Assembly: GCA_040954595.2 (NCBI GenBank)
Contig: CM082579.2
Location: forward strand, 5,018,879-5,082,878
Source: Balanoglossus misakiensis
Lineage: Eukaryota > Animalia > Hemichordata
Direction of reading: 5' to 3'
Length of the DNA: 64,000 nucleotides
Within the stretch, counting starts at the first letter, position 1; each line of letters opens with the position of its first letter. Position numbers and translations under genes: made by a program. The notes below the pieces were generated by a model. It saw only the letters and a list, made by a program, of their open reading frames with translations, was not told where the DNA came from and ran no database searches. This document shows positions 51,792 to 64,000 of the stretch, in pieces.

Positions 51792-54700
51792 CTTGTTAGT
51801 GGTGGTAGTGGTGGCTTGCATAGGTGGTGGTGCAGTCTTTGACAGTGCTGCTTTCTGGAAAGCTTGGTTTGACTTCTTTGGAAGATCCACACTGGACGAC
51901 CAGGTACTTACAGAGCTCGGTGCGTTGGAATCTCCACTCCGGAACGACACGGGCAGGGTTGCCGATTTTTCCGCATGGCTGATTGGTGGCGCCCTGTTTT
52001 GAGTTGTTGCGGTGCTGGGTCGGTGTGTCAGCGCGAGTTCCGGTTTGCCGGCCAGTGGCGGCGACGTTGTGCGCATCTGGCTGGAGGTGAACATCTTCAT
52101 TATTGCTTCCGAGGTGGACACCTTCACCGGAGGGCCCCGGCCGGTTCTGCCGGACCCCGGCAACGACGCGGTCTTGTCGAACTTGGGCTGGGGTTCGACG
52201 AGGAGGTGCTTCTGGTGCCGCCTTAGTGCAATTTCCAAAATCGACTCCTGTGATTGGTTGGGCGACAGGTGCTTGTTGCTGCCCGCCAGGGAAGCAGGTG
52301 GAGACCCGCCGCTGCTGGGTCTCTCTCGGTACGAGGAAACGGAAGAGAGGGAGTCTCTGGCTGGAACTGCCGACATACTGAATGAATGCTGCTTCTTGAG
52401 GATGTCACTTTGATTGTACGCGTTCGGAGGCATGGAAGTCGGGCGAACTTCAGACTTTGTTCTCGGCATTGATGGAGCGGAGCTTTCTGACGCGTGTCTG
52501 AAGGACGACGAACTGGCGCTTCTCTTGGGAGCATTCTGCTTCCCCTGATACCCCACTTCTACTTTGCTGGAGGGGTCCATGTACGCCGGCACTTTGAGTG
52601 AACTTGCCAAGGACGCTGTACTCTCGGTAGTCTCCAATTTTGCATGTGCTCCGCTGAGTTGCGGTATAAAATATTGACCAGTCTTGGCGTTGTAGAACGA
52701 TCGCAACGCGTCCTTCATTCTTCTCTTCTCTTCGGGATCGGACGGCTGCCTCCTCTTCACCCGGCTGGTCGGATCTGAGCGCTTGTGCCACTGCTGCGAG
52801 GCCGGTTCTTTGTGGTACTTCTCAGAGTCCGACTTGGAGTACCGGTGATCTGGCTGTGTTTCAGCCTTTGGGTCAGACCTCTTGTGCTCTCTCTTGGGGT
52901 CCGAACGTCTGCGCTCCGTCTTCGGGTCGGAAGTGCTCCTCCTGCTCGTGTACTCTTCTCTGTACGGATCCGACGTCCGGTGCTGCCGGTCGTGGTCTGC
53001 CACTCTCTTCTTCGGCATCTCCTCAGCGTGCCTCCTGGCTCCCTCGAATTCGACCGATCTCTGGAACATGACCTGAGACTGGGAATCGGAGAGCTTGCTG
53101 GGGTCGGATCCCTTTCTCCTCGTGTCGGACAACCCCCGCGGGTCGGACGTCCTCCTCGGGTCGGACGTCCTCCTCGGATCGGAGAGTCTCTTGGATGAAT
53201 GACGCTTGGAGTCGCTGCTTCTGCTGCGGTGTTCCTCGTCCACACCACCAGGCGCCTTCTCTTGTCCCTGCGCAAAGGCTCTACTGGGCGAGGTTGGATC
53301 GTACGCATAGGACATGGATCTCGGGTGCCGCCCGTCGTCAGATTTGACGTGATCGTAAAACTTGTTGACCTCCGCAGACGGAGACCTGACGTTCATGCTC
53401 GCACTTTTGCTGTCCGCGTCGAACCTCCTGAAGTGCTCCGCGTTCGCCGGCAATTTGGCATCTCTTCCCAGTGACTGGGTTCGGTTGTGTGGAACCACAT
53501 CTAGAGGTGGTCTCTCCTCAGCATGGCTTGTTCCCATGAAGAAGTTATCCCTCTTCGCCTTGGGCTTGCCGGAGCTGTCCTCCATGCTTCTGAACTTGGC
53601 GGACAGATCTTTCACTTTGGCGTACCCTTCGTGAATGTTGCTCTGTTCTCTCTCCCTCTGCAAGTGCGAAAGAATGGACACTTTCTCGTTGGTGGGCGAC
53701 ACGGGGGTCTTTGTGTCTGTGCTGTAGATTTGTTTTCTCAGCACCTGCTCTCTGTCCCTGTGCCTCTCCCTGTCCTTCTGCAACAGGTCAATCGGCTCAC
53801 CGTGCTTGTACTTGTCGCTGTACTGAGTGTAACTGTCGCTTGGCGAATGAAACGAAGTGCCGGCCGGGTACTTCTCCCCTTCAGAAATTCCCTCCTTCTC
53901 GCTCTCAGCATGCCTGGGAGGCTGCTCTTGCAATTTTGTAAATGACGACTGTTGTGAAGCATCGGCAAGACCGGGATATTGCGGCGATGTTCTTGAGAGT
54001 TCCTCTCGGTTGTCGTTGCTCAGGTTTGCGTCTGACAGGACAGGCTTGTCATCGCCACTCCCCTTTTCGTTGAGACTGTACTCGAACTTCTTCACCGTTT
54101 CCTCGCCAGGGCTCATGCCACACCGCTTCGACAATCCAGTCCCCATTCCGGGCAAGACCTGGTAGTCGCAGGGACTATTCCACCATCTCTTTAAAGTGGA
54201 CGCCTCTTCATCGTCCAAGTGAGTTATATCTTCCCTCCATCCATCATCTTTTCCCTTTCCTGCAGAGCTCGGACGAGGCTCTGATGTCACTGCGGGTTTC
54301 AATTCCTCTTGGTAGCCATTCATCATTGGCGCCTGTTCAACTTTTGGTTGCATGATGTCATGTGGCACCTGCCCATCTGTTTCGGGTTTTACCGCAAACT
54401 CCCTCGCTTTATCTCGACTCAGACGTCTTTGGTAGTTACTCTTAGGCGGAACTTCCTCGGCGACTTGCGATCTGACTACATCAGCTGCCTTCGTCGGCTG
54501 AGGGAGACTGTCGTAGCCTTGTTCTGCCAGATTGTTCCGCAGAAGTGACTCGTACTTCTGAATGATATTTTCGGCGCTACCAGCACTCCTGAGGGTGCTG
54601 TTGAGCGACTCCGGCGACTGAACTCTCTCCGGAGAAAATTTGGCGGAATCTCTTCTCCGTGGGGGCAAGGGCGAGTCCAAATTCACCAGGTCTGGCTGCA

Positions 54701-56277
54701 ACTCCTGCGTCTCCAAGGGGATGTCTCTGGTAGGAGGGGACGGGACGTCGTACTTCGCGTCGTACTCGTACGGTTTGGCAAATTTCGGCTCGGCGTTCAC
54801 TGGCGCCGCTGGGATCCCAGCATGCATAGGCTCGTCCATTTCCACTTGGTAGACTGTCGCCGTGTGTACCTCGAATTTGGACGACGGCGGGTACTGGTAG
54901 TGTTTGCCGTCGATGAAGTAGCCACCTGTTGGGGAGACTTGCACAGGATGGTACTGTGTCTTGGGTTTCTCTTCCTGGTACTCGGACCGGAATTTCTCCG
55001 GCCCCCTCTCCAAGTGAGCCTGATAGGCAAATGTCTTTTCCTCTGGCCTGTTCGCCACTGGCAGTGTTCGGACCTGTGCTCGGTGCCCCTCGAAAATTTC
55101 CACCTCCGGGTTCTCTTGCGTCGTCGCTTTCACGCCGCCTTTCTCTTGTGCATAGTTGTTTTCTGCCGACCAGGTGTGTGCCTTGGCGTGCACGGGACCG
55201 TCCTCCGTCTCCGAAGCTGGCTTCTTGGCGCCGTACGCGTGCAGGGGCCACGACGGAGATTTGTCGTGGTACTTGATGAAGGACTTCATGCTGGAATCCC
55301 TCTGTGGTGGGGGAGGCGGCGCTGGCGACTGCTCTCTCGGTGTTGGCGACACCGGCTGTGGCGGCGGCGGTGGTGGTCTCGCATACTCCTGGGGCCTCTG
55401 CGTTGAGTACTGGTCTTTGAATAGCGGCTCGTCGCTTTTCGGTTGTGAGCCGTCCGACGAAATCAGGTAAGTGAGTTCGCTTCTTTTCACAGCGTTTGCT
55501 GGGCTGCTGTTTTGCTGCTGCCTGAGGCTGCTTTGAGAGTCTCTCCACGAGGGATTCTGTGATATTTGCCTGTCAGCATTGTTTGTGAGCGCCGACATAG
55601 AATATCCCCGTCCGAGATTTGTGGTCATTTCGACTCTGTACTGTTTATGTTCGGGTTGTGGCTGCGCATGTACACGCTGCACTGGAATGTTTCTGTTTTC
55701 TCTCACTTGCTCCACCCGGCGAGTAAAACTGTCGTTGCGCTCAAGATTTTTAGTTTTAGCCCACAGTGGCTCGGCAGTCTGCCCTGCAGTCGTCTGATGC
55801 TGCGTCCGCCATTTTTGCTCTCTGTTGGGCTCACTAAAGTCATTTCTGTTGTTTGGGTAGAAGTCCGCCTGCCTGTCCAAGTTCAGGCTCTGGAACATTG
55901 CCGGCGTGTTCCTCTGCTCGACCTGGTCGATGCGCTGGGACGAACTCCTGGCTTTGTGCGACATGTCGTCGTACGCGTGAGATATTTGCTTCACGTGTCC
56001 CGGGCCCCTGTGGAGTGATTGCGCCTTGGGCTTCTCGTTGAAGTTGATCAGACTGGTCGTAGATGCACGCATCATTTCCAGATGGGATGACGAATTGTAG
56101 CCCCTGTCTTTCCACGCTCTGTGCTCTGAATTGAACGAAGAAGAAGTGGTTCCCGGCGGAGAAAATGTCCTTGATTTTGAGACGTATTCGTGGTGTTGAT
56201 TTTTGACAACGTCGGGTTCCTGTCTGTGTTCCTCGTACTTGTGATGCCACGACTTTGGTCGGTACGACTCTTGAGGT
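51792..56277 (-). CDS. Shroom: Shroom large central exon (4,486 nt, mostly low-complexity/disordered)
   Basis: tttgcag|A CCT CAA GAG TCG TAC CGA CCA AAG TCG TGG CAT (PQESYRPKSWH) is open into the 1433-aa ORF; donor AAG|gttaat at 51792/51791. Confidence 0.92.
52734..53192 (-). repeat. Coding xxSDP peptide repeat array in Shroom, including an 18-bp DNA tandem repeat at 53139-53192
   Basis: Ten SDP copies plus SDT/SDS variants; plus strand shows cgggtcggacgtcctcct twice exactly and a diverged third copy. Confidence 0.9.
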
Positions 56278-56426
56278 CTGCAAAGCAGAAAGAGGAGGAA
56301 CTTTTGATTAACATCAAACGTTAGATCATAAACTATATCACTTTTCTTTAGAACTTTATTTTACAATAATATGTCTGACTGCAAGGCCAGCTTTATCTTT
56401 GGTGACAAAACCATTAATTTACTTAC

Positions 56427-56612
56427 GGGTCTTTTTTATTCAGCCTCATCTTGACGCCTCCTCCACTGTACTCCTTGATATGAGACCCGACAACCTCTGG
56501 CTGATGGGTTGAGAGCATGCTTTGATTTTCTTTCTCTTTCTCTTGTAAGTCTTTCACTCTCTTGTAAAAATCTATTGACTTGGGACTTGTAGGTTCAAAA
56601 TCTGACTGTCCC
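56427..56612 (-). CDS. Shroom: Shroom exon (most 5' exon identified)
   Basis: ttttccttccag|G GGA CAG...GAC CC|gtaagt; GQSDFEPTSPKSIDFYKRVKDLQEKEKENQSMLSTHQPEVVGSHIKEYSGGGVKMRLNKKD(P); phase 2-2; absent from the ORF track. Confidence 0.85.
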
Positions 56613-59600
56613 CTGGAAGGAAAAGAAGAAATATAATTTCAGTCTCATCGGAATTCAATTCACTTCATTGCCGGCAGAGTGCACTGCCATTGCACGGTAC
56701 ACAGACTCCCGTAGGCATTCTAATATTACACTGCCACCATAGGGAGGACTGTTTGCTCCATGATACCATAAACGTTGACAGCTGTGTTTGACCATAACAC
56801 TGACAGACGGATGTTTTGCTGGATTGTATTCGGTGGTTGCTATGTGTTGTGTCCCAGCGGGAAAGTAAAGGGTTTGTGTGATTTACATCCAGACAGCCAA
56901 GTTCCTCCCTGTTCTAATTGCCCAGATTTATTACGGGGGTTTGAAAAAGTGATAATTCCCCCAGTGCTCGGCAGACGGGTACAGAGACAAGACTCGGGGA
57001 CACATCAGACCGTGACAGGAAATCCAATGCTATGCATACCTGCTTCCCCATGTGAAAAGCAATGTCAGAGATGCAGAAAATTCTCAGTCGGAACCGACCG
57101 GATGGAACTGGCCAGGTCTACGCTCCTGGCCCCATGCCGTGCAATCATTCACTTGCAACCTCATCAATGGAATAGCGATGGGTCTCCCGCATTTGCAGAC
57201 AAAAAAAACAGTCGTCTAAAAAGATTTCATGTCTCAGTTTTATGGGCCGTACTAATTATCAATACTTAAAACCATGATGAGGATATTTGCACCCAAGAAT
57301 GCCACACAATTCATCGACTCATTCCGTCCAGTACGTAAAACTTTAACAGCCGGGCAGTAAAGCCGGACCCTGAAGGGGAAAGATGAAGATTTACTGGGTG
57401 CCAGTTTGACCGAATCACCATTACCTATTGTCTTCACATTGATATCTCAGTCATTTTTTATTATGCGGCAAAGAACGGGTCGTTTCCAGCGACTTGGAAA
57501 CATTCCACTAGTCCTGGTAATACGGTCAGCCATAACCAGTCCAGGGAGGGTTGCTTTACTTTAAATAACAGGTGTTTCTCCAAGAGCTGGGTTTAAAATA
57601 TAAATATGAATTTTCTCTGGATATCACTAAAGATTCAGCTTTCCTCAAAACAGGGGGAAATGTCCACAGTGGATAACTTCCAACAGATGCCTGCCTTTTC
57701 TTATGGTTAATGATGTCCTTCCTGAAACGGCGCACTGTGTAACCATGACAACACCGACAATTGTTGTTACGTCACCAATCACTGACACAATCAACATCAA
57801 AGCCTAGACATAAAAATAACCTCACATAAAATATATAACAGGACAGTCGAAAAACATGGGAAACTGCCGTTTAGTACGCTCACACGATCAAAACCTGACG
57901 GGCAGGATCTACGAGTCTCGACTGACTTTGAAACCCGCACTCAACCTTGTGACTCGGAGGACAAAACTGACAATAAATCAGTCCACCGTGTCCACATCAT
58001 GGTATCCCCACAACAGTCCCAATTCAAAAACAGCTTTCCAGGTCGTCAGAACAATGTTATCAATTTTGCCAACACCAGTGACGTACACTTCTTTGTGTAC
58101 ACATTAATACAGCGACCATATACTCTTTCCAATGCATAAGATAAACGACGTATATTGGTATACAACTTACAGTTTTATTCCTTTCCAATGAAATTATAAA
58201 TTGACAATAAACACTGCTAAAAAATTCTAGCTGATTTCCAAATATTACACGACATACTGTTTTGTTCATTAATATCAGGAACCATGGCAGCCCTGTGTCT
58301 GTGACCTACATGTAAATATATTTACATGCATACCACAGACATGAGACAGCTAAATATACATGCACCATGTAATATGCAGCACTTGCACAGTCGGTGGTGA
58401 CATTTATTTTTAATTTTTAATTTTCAATATCCCTCCCGACGTAATTACCATTGACATCTTCCTCTGTGGCGAAATGAGATCCTCCACATCTTTATGTAAT
58501 ACTTAGAAAGTGAAACTGGTCACCTGTAGTGGGTACAAAATTCAATTAAAAGATGGATGTTCTGCAAATGTCACCAGATTTGTGGCTCACTGTTAGGTAC
58601 AGCCTATTTAAATTTTGATCATTGAAAATAGCATCATTCAGTTTATCATGCAGTGGGTGTGGGTGACAATACAGGTAAATCGCTGAACAGCGAAACAAAT
58701 TCATGATGAAGCCATATTTCTGTATAGGTGTACGTACAGGCTGTAAATAGTTCTCTGTTATTGTGGCCCTAATACCGGATACTGAAGAAAGACTTAAAGC
58801 TTGGGTAAAGCCTGACATGTTAAAGCGCACAAACTATTAATGTCATTCCTAGTGTGTTGTGAATGTTTTTGGGGGGCTTGCAAGCAGATGTAGCAGGTCC
58901 AACAGCCCAGGTACAATATACTGCAGCAGTCTGCATGATCACCTATAATTATTCACCAGCATGTAGAATATTACATTGTCCAGGCAGATTGATTTCTGGA
59001 ACTGATTATGTGATAATTGCTATCAGGCTCAGGCAGAGAGTAATGATGGCAGCTGAACATCAGATTTTCACACGGACGTGCTAATGACATAAAGACAATG
59101 AGCGACCACTACACCCATGATTGACGAATATTGGATATTTTACACACTCTAATAAACAGATAGTTATTAATTTGAGCGGCAGGGAGTCATGTGACAGTTC
59201 AGGAGTCCTGTTTTCTTCACACATGCACCTGTCAGCATTTTCCCAAATTCCGGGGAAGACTCGACATACAGGAAGGCAGTCGCTGTCGCTGCAAGGCACA
59301 GATTAGCACCGTAATCCCAATGGTACAACTTGAATCAATAAAGATTCCGCTTGATCCTGACATTGAAAGGGGCAAAGAGGGCAATGGCTTTGCTGCCCTC
59401 GCACAGTGCTATGTCAACGAACACCGGAAAAGGAATATAAATGCCTCTTGACAGACCAGGCCAGACACAGGTGTATACATATATATTCACCAAACGAATA
59501 TAAACCGTACCTACCACTTCATTCGCGGACCTCCATGCTAGCAAAATGCGGGCTGGCACAACAACACCGCCCGCAGGCAAGCTCTGAAAGCAGCAGCGTA

Positions 59601-62600
59601 TACAGTGTACGTCCACCACAGGAGATTCTATCAAGCCCTGCTTATACACCAGCCATGGTTTTGTCTATTGTTCAGAGTGGAGCTCTCCACTGACACTGAC
59701 ACACACAAAACAGCCAGTCACGTAACCACTCAATTGTCCCCAGCAGAGATTATTACATAACGGCTAGCCCATAGGCTATTACAAACCTAAACTGTTGTGG
59801 TGGGGGCCTTTCACTTTTCAACCAAATGAAGTAATACCTACTGGAGGGTGTGAGACTCGAGAATAATGAGAGGTGGTTCATTGAAATGGATACCTCTTGT
59901 ATCGCTTCTGCCGAGCGAGAGACAAATTGCTTTGATTGTCAATGGGTCCAAAATAATTGAAAGAATTGAGACCCGGCACCCAGACAGACAATTATTCGCC
60001 AAAATAAACAAATTTGTGGGTGGCTTTCCTGGTATGAAACCGAAACCTGTTGGAGTTAGTACTGGATAGGCAAAAACCAAACTGACTGGAACTCAATATA
60101 CATGACTGTATGTATAATGCCAGTAATGACACGTACCAAACAAAATGGAGAATTTGAGCATATAATAAAGAAACTGTTAAAACACACCTAGCAGATGATC
60201 CTAATGATAATGCACTGTACAATGTTCAGGTTACATCATTTTAATCATCACCAAATCAAGTGGTCTCTTCTTTGTTTTGGCTATCACAACAACTGATCTC
60301 AGTTAGATGCAGATAGAAAATGCCAACACAGCAGGCTCCCTAATCTTTGTGTGTACATTTGATCTGTGGTGACCTCAAATATTGGGGGAAAAGGGACAGC
60401 ATGACAGGTCCAGAAATCTGTTGACACTAATTAATTGGCACCCACGCAGGACATCTCTCCACTGCTTGAATTTAGATTCTGGTAAAGAACGACTCGACTA
60501 CCCTCAGTATATCAGTTACACATGTTTACTGGCCAACCCTGTGTTAAATTTAGAAACTTGCATTAAAACAACCCTGCCCTGCTAAAAACCTGGAGAGTCA
60601 CCTTGGTCCAGTGGTAAGCTTGGAGTTCTTGACCAGCAGGTCAATATAGGGGAAAATACTAACAAGTCAAATATGCACATAGTTGATAATCACATCTATG
60701 GTCTTTTAAGTAGATGTTAAGTGATACAACAGAAGTGGTGCTGGCCAGTCAGACTTGCATGAATTTTAATATAAAGATCACCACAGTGAAAAATAAATTG
60801 ACATAATCTGAAATCGAAAACAATAAAGTGAAATAAACAACATCCCACAGTCAGTTTTCCAGAGAAGTTTCAAAGTCAAGAAATCGTAGATTGTTTTCAT
60901 TTTTTTAAGCATGGTGTTAAATGCCTGTTTAACTGTCGATTATACTGGCCGCAGTGTTATTCTTTGAATGGAGTCACAGAATAAACAGATGCTGGTTTGT
61001 ATATGATCTAATTGCATCACAGGTCGTTACAAGATCTTGATTGAGTCCAGGCAGACAGGGGTCGACAGAAGGGAAACATGGCAACCACTTGTTGATTCGG
61101 GAAACATCTCATTGAGAAAAACAACAGTAAATGGGGAACCTACAGTCTTATTTTATGAGCTGACATCCTTGAAAGACACAAAAGGGCGTTCGCCTTCTTG
61201 CCGGTCCTATTTTTCCACCATAATATTTTTCCGGATGAGTACAACTGGAATGTTTCTTTTAACATGGAGCTTTCCACACAGATCTTCAACATAGCATTGC
61301 ACTTAGAAATCATGCATGCGCCCATGGTTCCAGTGTAACAACAAGTCCACCCTAACTGCAGTGACCCAGGAATAAAGGTCTCTCTCAATCCAAGGCCAAC
61401 TGCAGTCCGAGCCTATACAGTCATTCATGCGTGTTTTAACCCAATTTCCCCAGATCCGGACCAAGCCCTGGCATGTGTATTCAACCTATACACAAAACAT
61501 GTTTTTGTCTCATGAAAAAAAATGATGTTTCAACATAGCAATATTTTACATGATCTTAGCTTTGTCCGGACAAGTTTGTTTTTTAAATTTTATCAAAGAA
61601 AGGGACAGGTGTGTGACCTTACAATAAATATTGTATAAAGCCTGTTGCACCACATATAATTCAATATTAAGGACCACACGCATAGGTTCCCATCAGGTGT
61701 TTGTTAAACGTTGCATATTTTTCTGTACATTTAAAATTAATATGATCATCACAGCCAATATCCTGAATTTCTACAGTGATACTGGGGTTTATAGGGAATT
61801 CATGCAAGTATCAAAACATGTCCCCAAATTAGCGTTGTGTGACTGTGTGACCTGCTGGTGTTGGTGTTCGGCCAGACGGCCGTGCTGCCGCCGCGGCCGA
61901 GTTCTAAGGAAAGAAGCGAAACACATGAGAGAGCCACCCACCATCAATGATTCATGTTTTCATACAGTCTCAAAGCCACACGGCAGTCACACTGTGAAAG
62001 ACACACCTTTATCCTTTTGTGTGCCACAACACGGGGAATTAAAAAACAACAGAAGGTAAATAGGGGGCACAGTGCGACAGTGACAATGGCCACTCACATA
62101 ATTACAGGAACGTTACATCTGGGAAACCCTGAATTGAACCCCGAAATCCGACGTGCTCCAACATTTTCGACGCAACCATTTCTAGTCTGTAATGTGACAC
62201 AGTACACGTTCAGTAAAGTAGCATTATAGTGCACAACATACATATCTGTCTGTTTCCGTGTACTGCAGGTAAACACACCTAACCTTAACTGTGACTTAAC
62301 CAGTGAACACACAACAGTCCAGCCAACTGAGAATATATGTGGAGGTGATATTGACCAGAAGATGCCTCCATCGTCATCAATATATCCACCATAATAAAAA
62401 TCACTTACTTTGTATGCGTTCATATTACGGCCATGTCTGCTATCTGAATAATCAATATGGCTGCCCCCTTTTATCCCCCATAAATAGAATGAACCAATCA
62501 CAGGTGTGCTTAGATAGGTGACTCGGCTTCGCACTGGCTGCCTCAGCATGTTTCAGTGGACAATAACACAGAAAAAAAGCTCAGCCAGGAGCAGCCGCCA

Positions 62601-64000
62601 ATATTTCCCTTTTATCGCAATTTCAGGGCGGCTTTGTTCTTTTTCAGCTGCATTCAACTTGGTGAAGAAAACGCACAAGAAAAAAACCCACGCCAGGGTT
62701 CATGAAGCAACAGAGACAGGAATGCGGCTGGCAGCGGCTCAAATTTCCCCCCAACAATGCAGGGCAATATTTCTTTTAGACTGCAGGCGCACAAAAGAAA
62801 GTCAAATCTGAGCCAGTACCAAGTAGTTGAAAATATTTGCACTGAAACCAAATCCAGATGGGCCCTCCATTCTTTCCCCTCCCTTTTAAGGAAAATAAAT
62901 ATTGTGCCGGACTTATTCAAAACAACTTCTTTGCATGCCTTGTTGAATAAAAATAATTTATTCAACCGACAAATTTTCGTTTGACATCAGTTTCTGCTGT
63001 ATATACATGCATCGCTAAAATATGCAGGGAATTCTTTTCTGGTTTACTGAGGTCTTGTTTTTCAAATTAAAGCGGGTGTGATTTTATAAACTCTAACCAC
63101 AGTCTAGCCAAGCTAATGAATGTCTAGTCAGACTTCAATAAAAAACAGTGGTAGTGACTACATGAAGGAATTTGCTGGTGTGTTTTTTGTGACATCAGAG
63201 TCACCCAGTACCACACAACTTCTTTTTTTTGTTGCTGAAAACCAACAAAATTCTTTCCCATCAGGATTTTGACAACTTTGCTTGGCTTTTGTCGTTCAGT
63301 CAGCCGGTTGATCACCCTACCTCACTGACCCCTTCCTTTTATCGGCCCGTTCCAATTAGGCGGGCTGACTCTGCAAGGGCTTTTAGCGCCCAGAAAGCGA
63401 AAACCAAAGAATTCTGTTCAGGGCGATTCACCGCCGGTTATTGCCCGTTGGACGCAAAACAAATAACCCCGTGATTACGTCGGTTTCAGGTGATACTCCC
63501 AGCCCATTGGGGGCTCCCGCGACAAAGACACCATGCATTGACCCAAGACACCGGGAACACTGCACGGCTAAGAATATAGCCTGGCACGTATTTGATCAGG
63601 ATGACAGAGTGATTATTTAGTCTGATTGATGCTTTTTTGTCATCAAAGAAAACTTCATTTCAGCACTCTCTGAAAGGCACATTGTGGTTTTGAAAGACGC
63701 CCCAATCAGGTCGTTTCCTTTTATTATCATCATTCATAAACATTTCAGGTCCCGTTTCTTATATTCCCACTGCATATCTCAAATTCCGACATGAAATGCT
63801 CTGTTTGGATAATTGACGATTAACGTGGCAAAGTGCCGGTAAAAGATTCAATTGCTTCTCTTCCTTTTTTATGTTCAAATACGGTAATTTTTTCTATTTT
63901 CCCATGGAAGCCCACTATTATTCCATATTGAATTTCACAAAAGTTGGATTTGGAAGTAAATCTCTCACCTGATGCTCACTCAAAATAAAAGCCTAAATAC

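Larger units (their letters stand above)
42677..56612 (-). other. Shroom: Shroom-family gene, span of coding exons seen (5' exons not found in window)
   Basis: Eight phase-compatible exons (186, 4486, 200, 396, 999, 145, 276, 273 nt; ~2,320 codons). They end in an ASD2 domain and begin with Shroom-like SGGGVKMRL and RPKSWH motifs. Confidence 0.93.

Noticed and set aside
51793-56283. Overlapping alternative-frame and antisense ORFs (e.g. 323 aa at 54577-55548)
   Set aside because: Shadow ORFs of a GC-rich coding exon, with no independent coding signature.
60595-60650. tRNA A-box-like TGGTCCAGTGGTAA (possible tRNA or SINE)
   Set aside because: No B-box (GTTCRA) and no cloverleaf; at best an unrecognisable SINE relic.
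56613-64000. Search for upstream Shroom PDZ exons; donor-like sites near 57425 and 63969
   Set aside because: No open phase-compatible frame or PDZ-like peptide precedes either site. They could at most be non-coding alternative first exons.

Overview
Eukaryotic (metazoan, probably invertebrate bilaterian) genomic DNA with AT-rich GT-AG introns. It is not prokaryotic, and nearly all short ORFs in the supplied track are noise. I assembled three spliced genes by hand from splice sites and reading-frame phase. (1) The 5' part of a KIBRA/WWC-family Hippo-pathway scaffold on the minus strand: 4 coding exons (34402->32) encoding both WW domains and the start of the coiled coil, with a ~28.9 kb first intron; the gene runs off the left edge. 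(2) A complete dCMP deaminase (DCTD) on the plus strand: 5 coding exons, 34908-38823, 220 aa, head-to-head with KIBRA across ~0.5 kb. (3) The 3' part of a Shroom-family gene on the minus strand: 8 coding exons (56612->42677, ~2,320 codons, one 4.5 kb exon, C-terminal ASD2/SD2 ROCK-binding domain); its 5' exons are not seen. The most interesting observations are the Shroom>-<DCTD-WWC> gene order, which appears to join two separate vertebrate linkages; a dense cluster of TEAD motifs in KIBRA intron 1; LATS-type and 14-3-3-type phospho-motif arrays in Shroom; upstream ORFs before the KIBRA start; and one anomalously GC3-rich DCTD exon. I found no tRNA, rRNA, CRISPR array or intact transposon. All motif counts were made by eye, and comparisons to human genes are from memory, not from searches.
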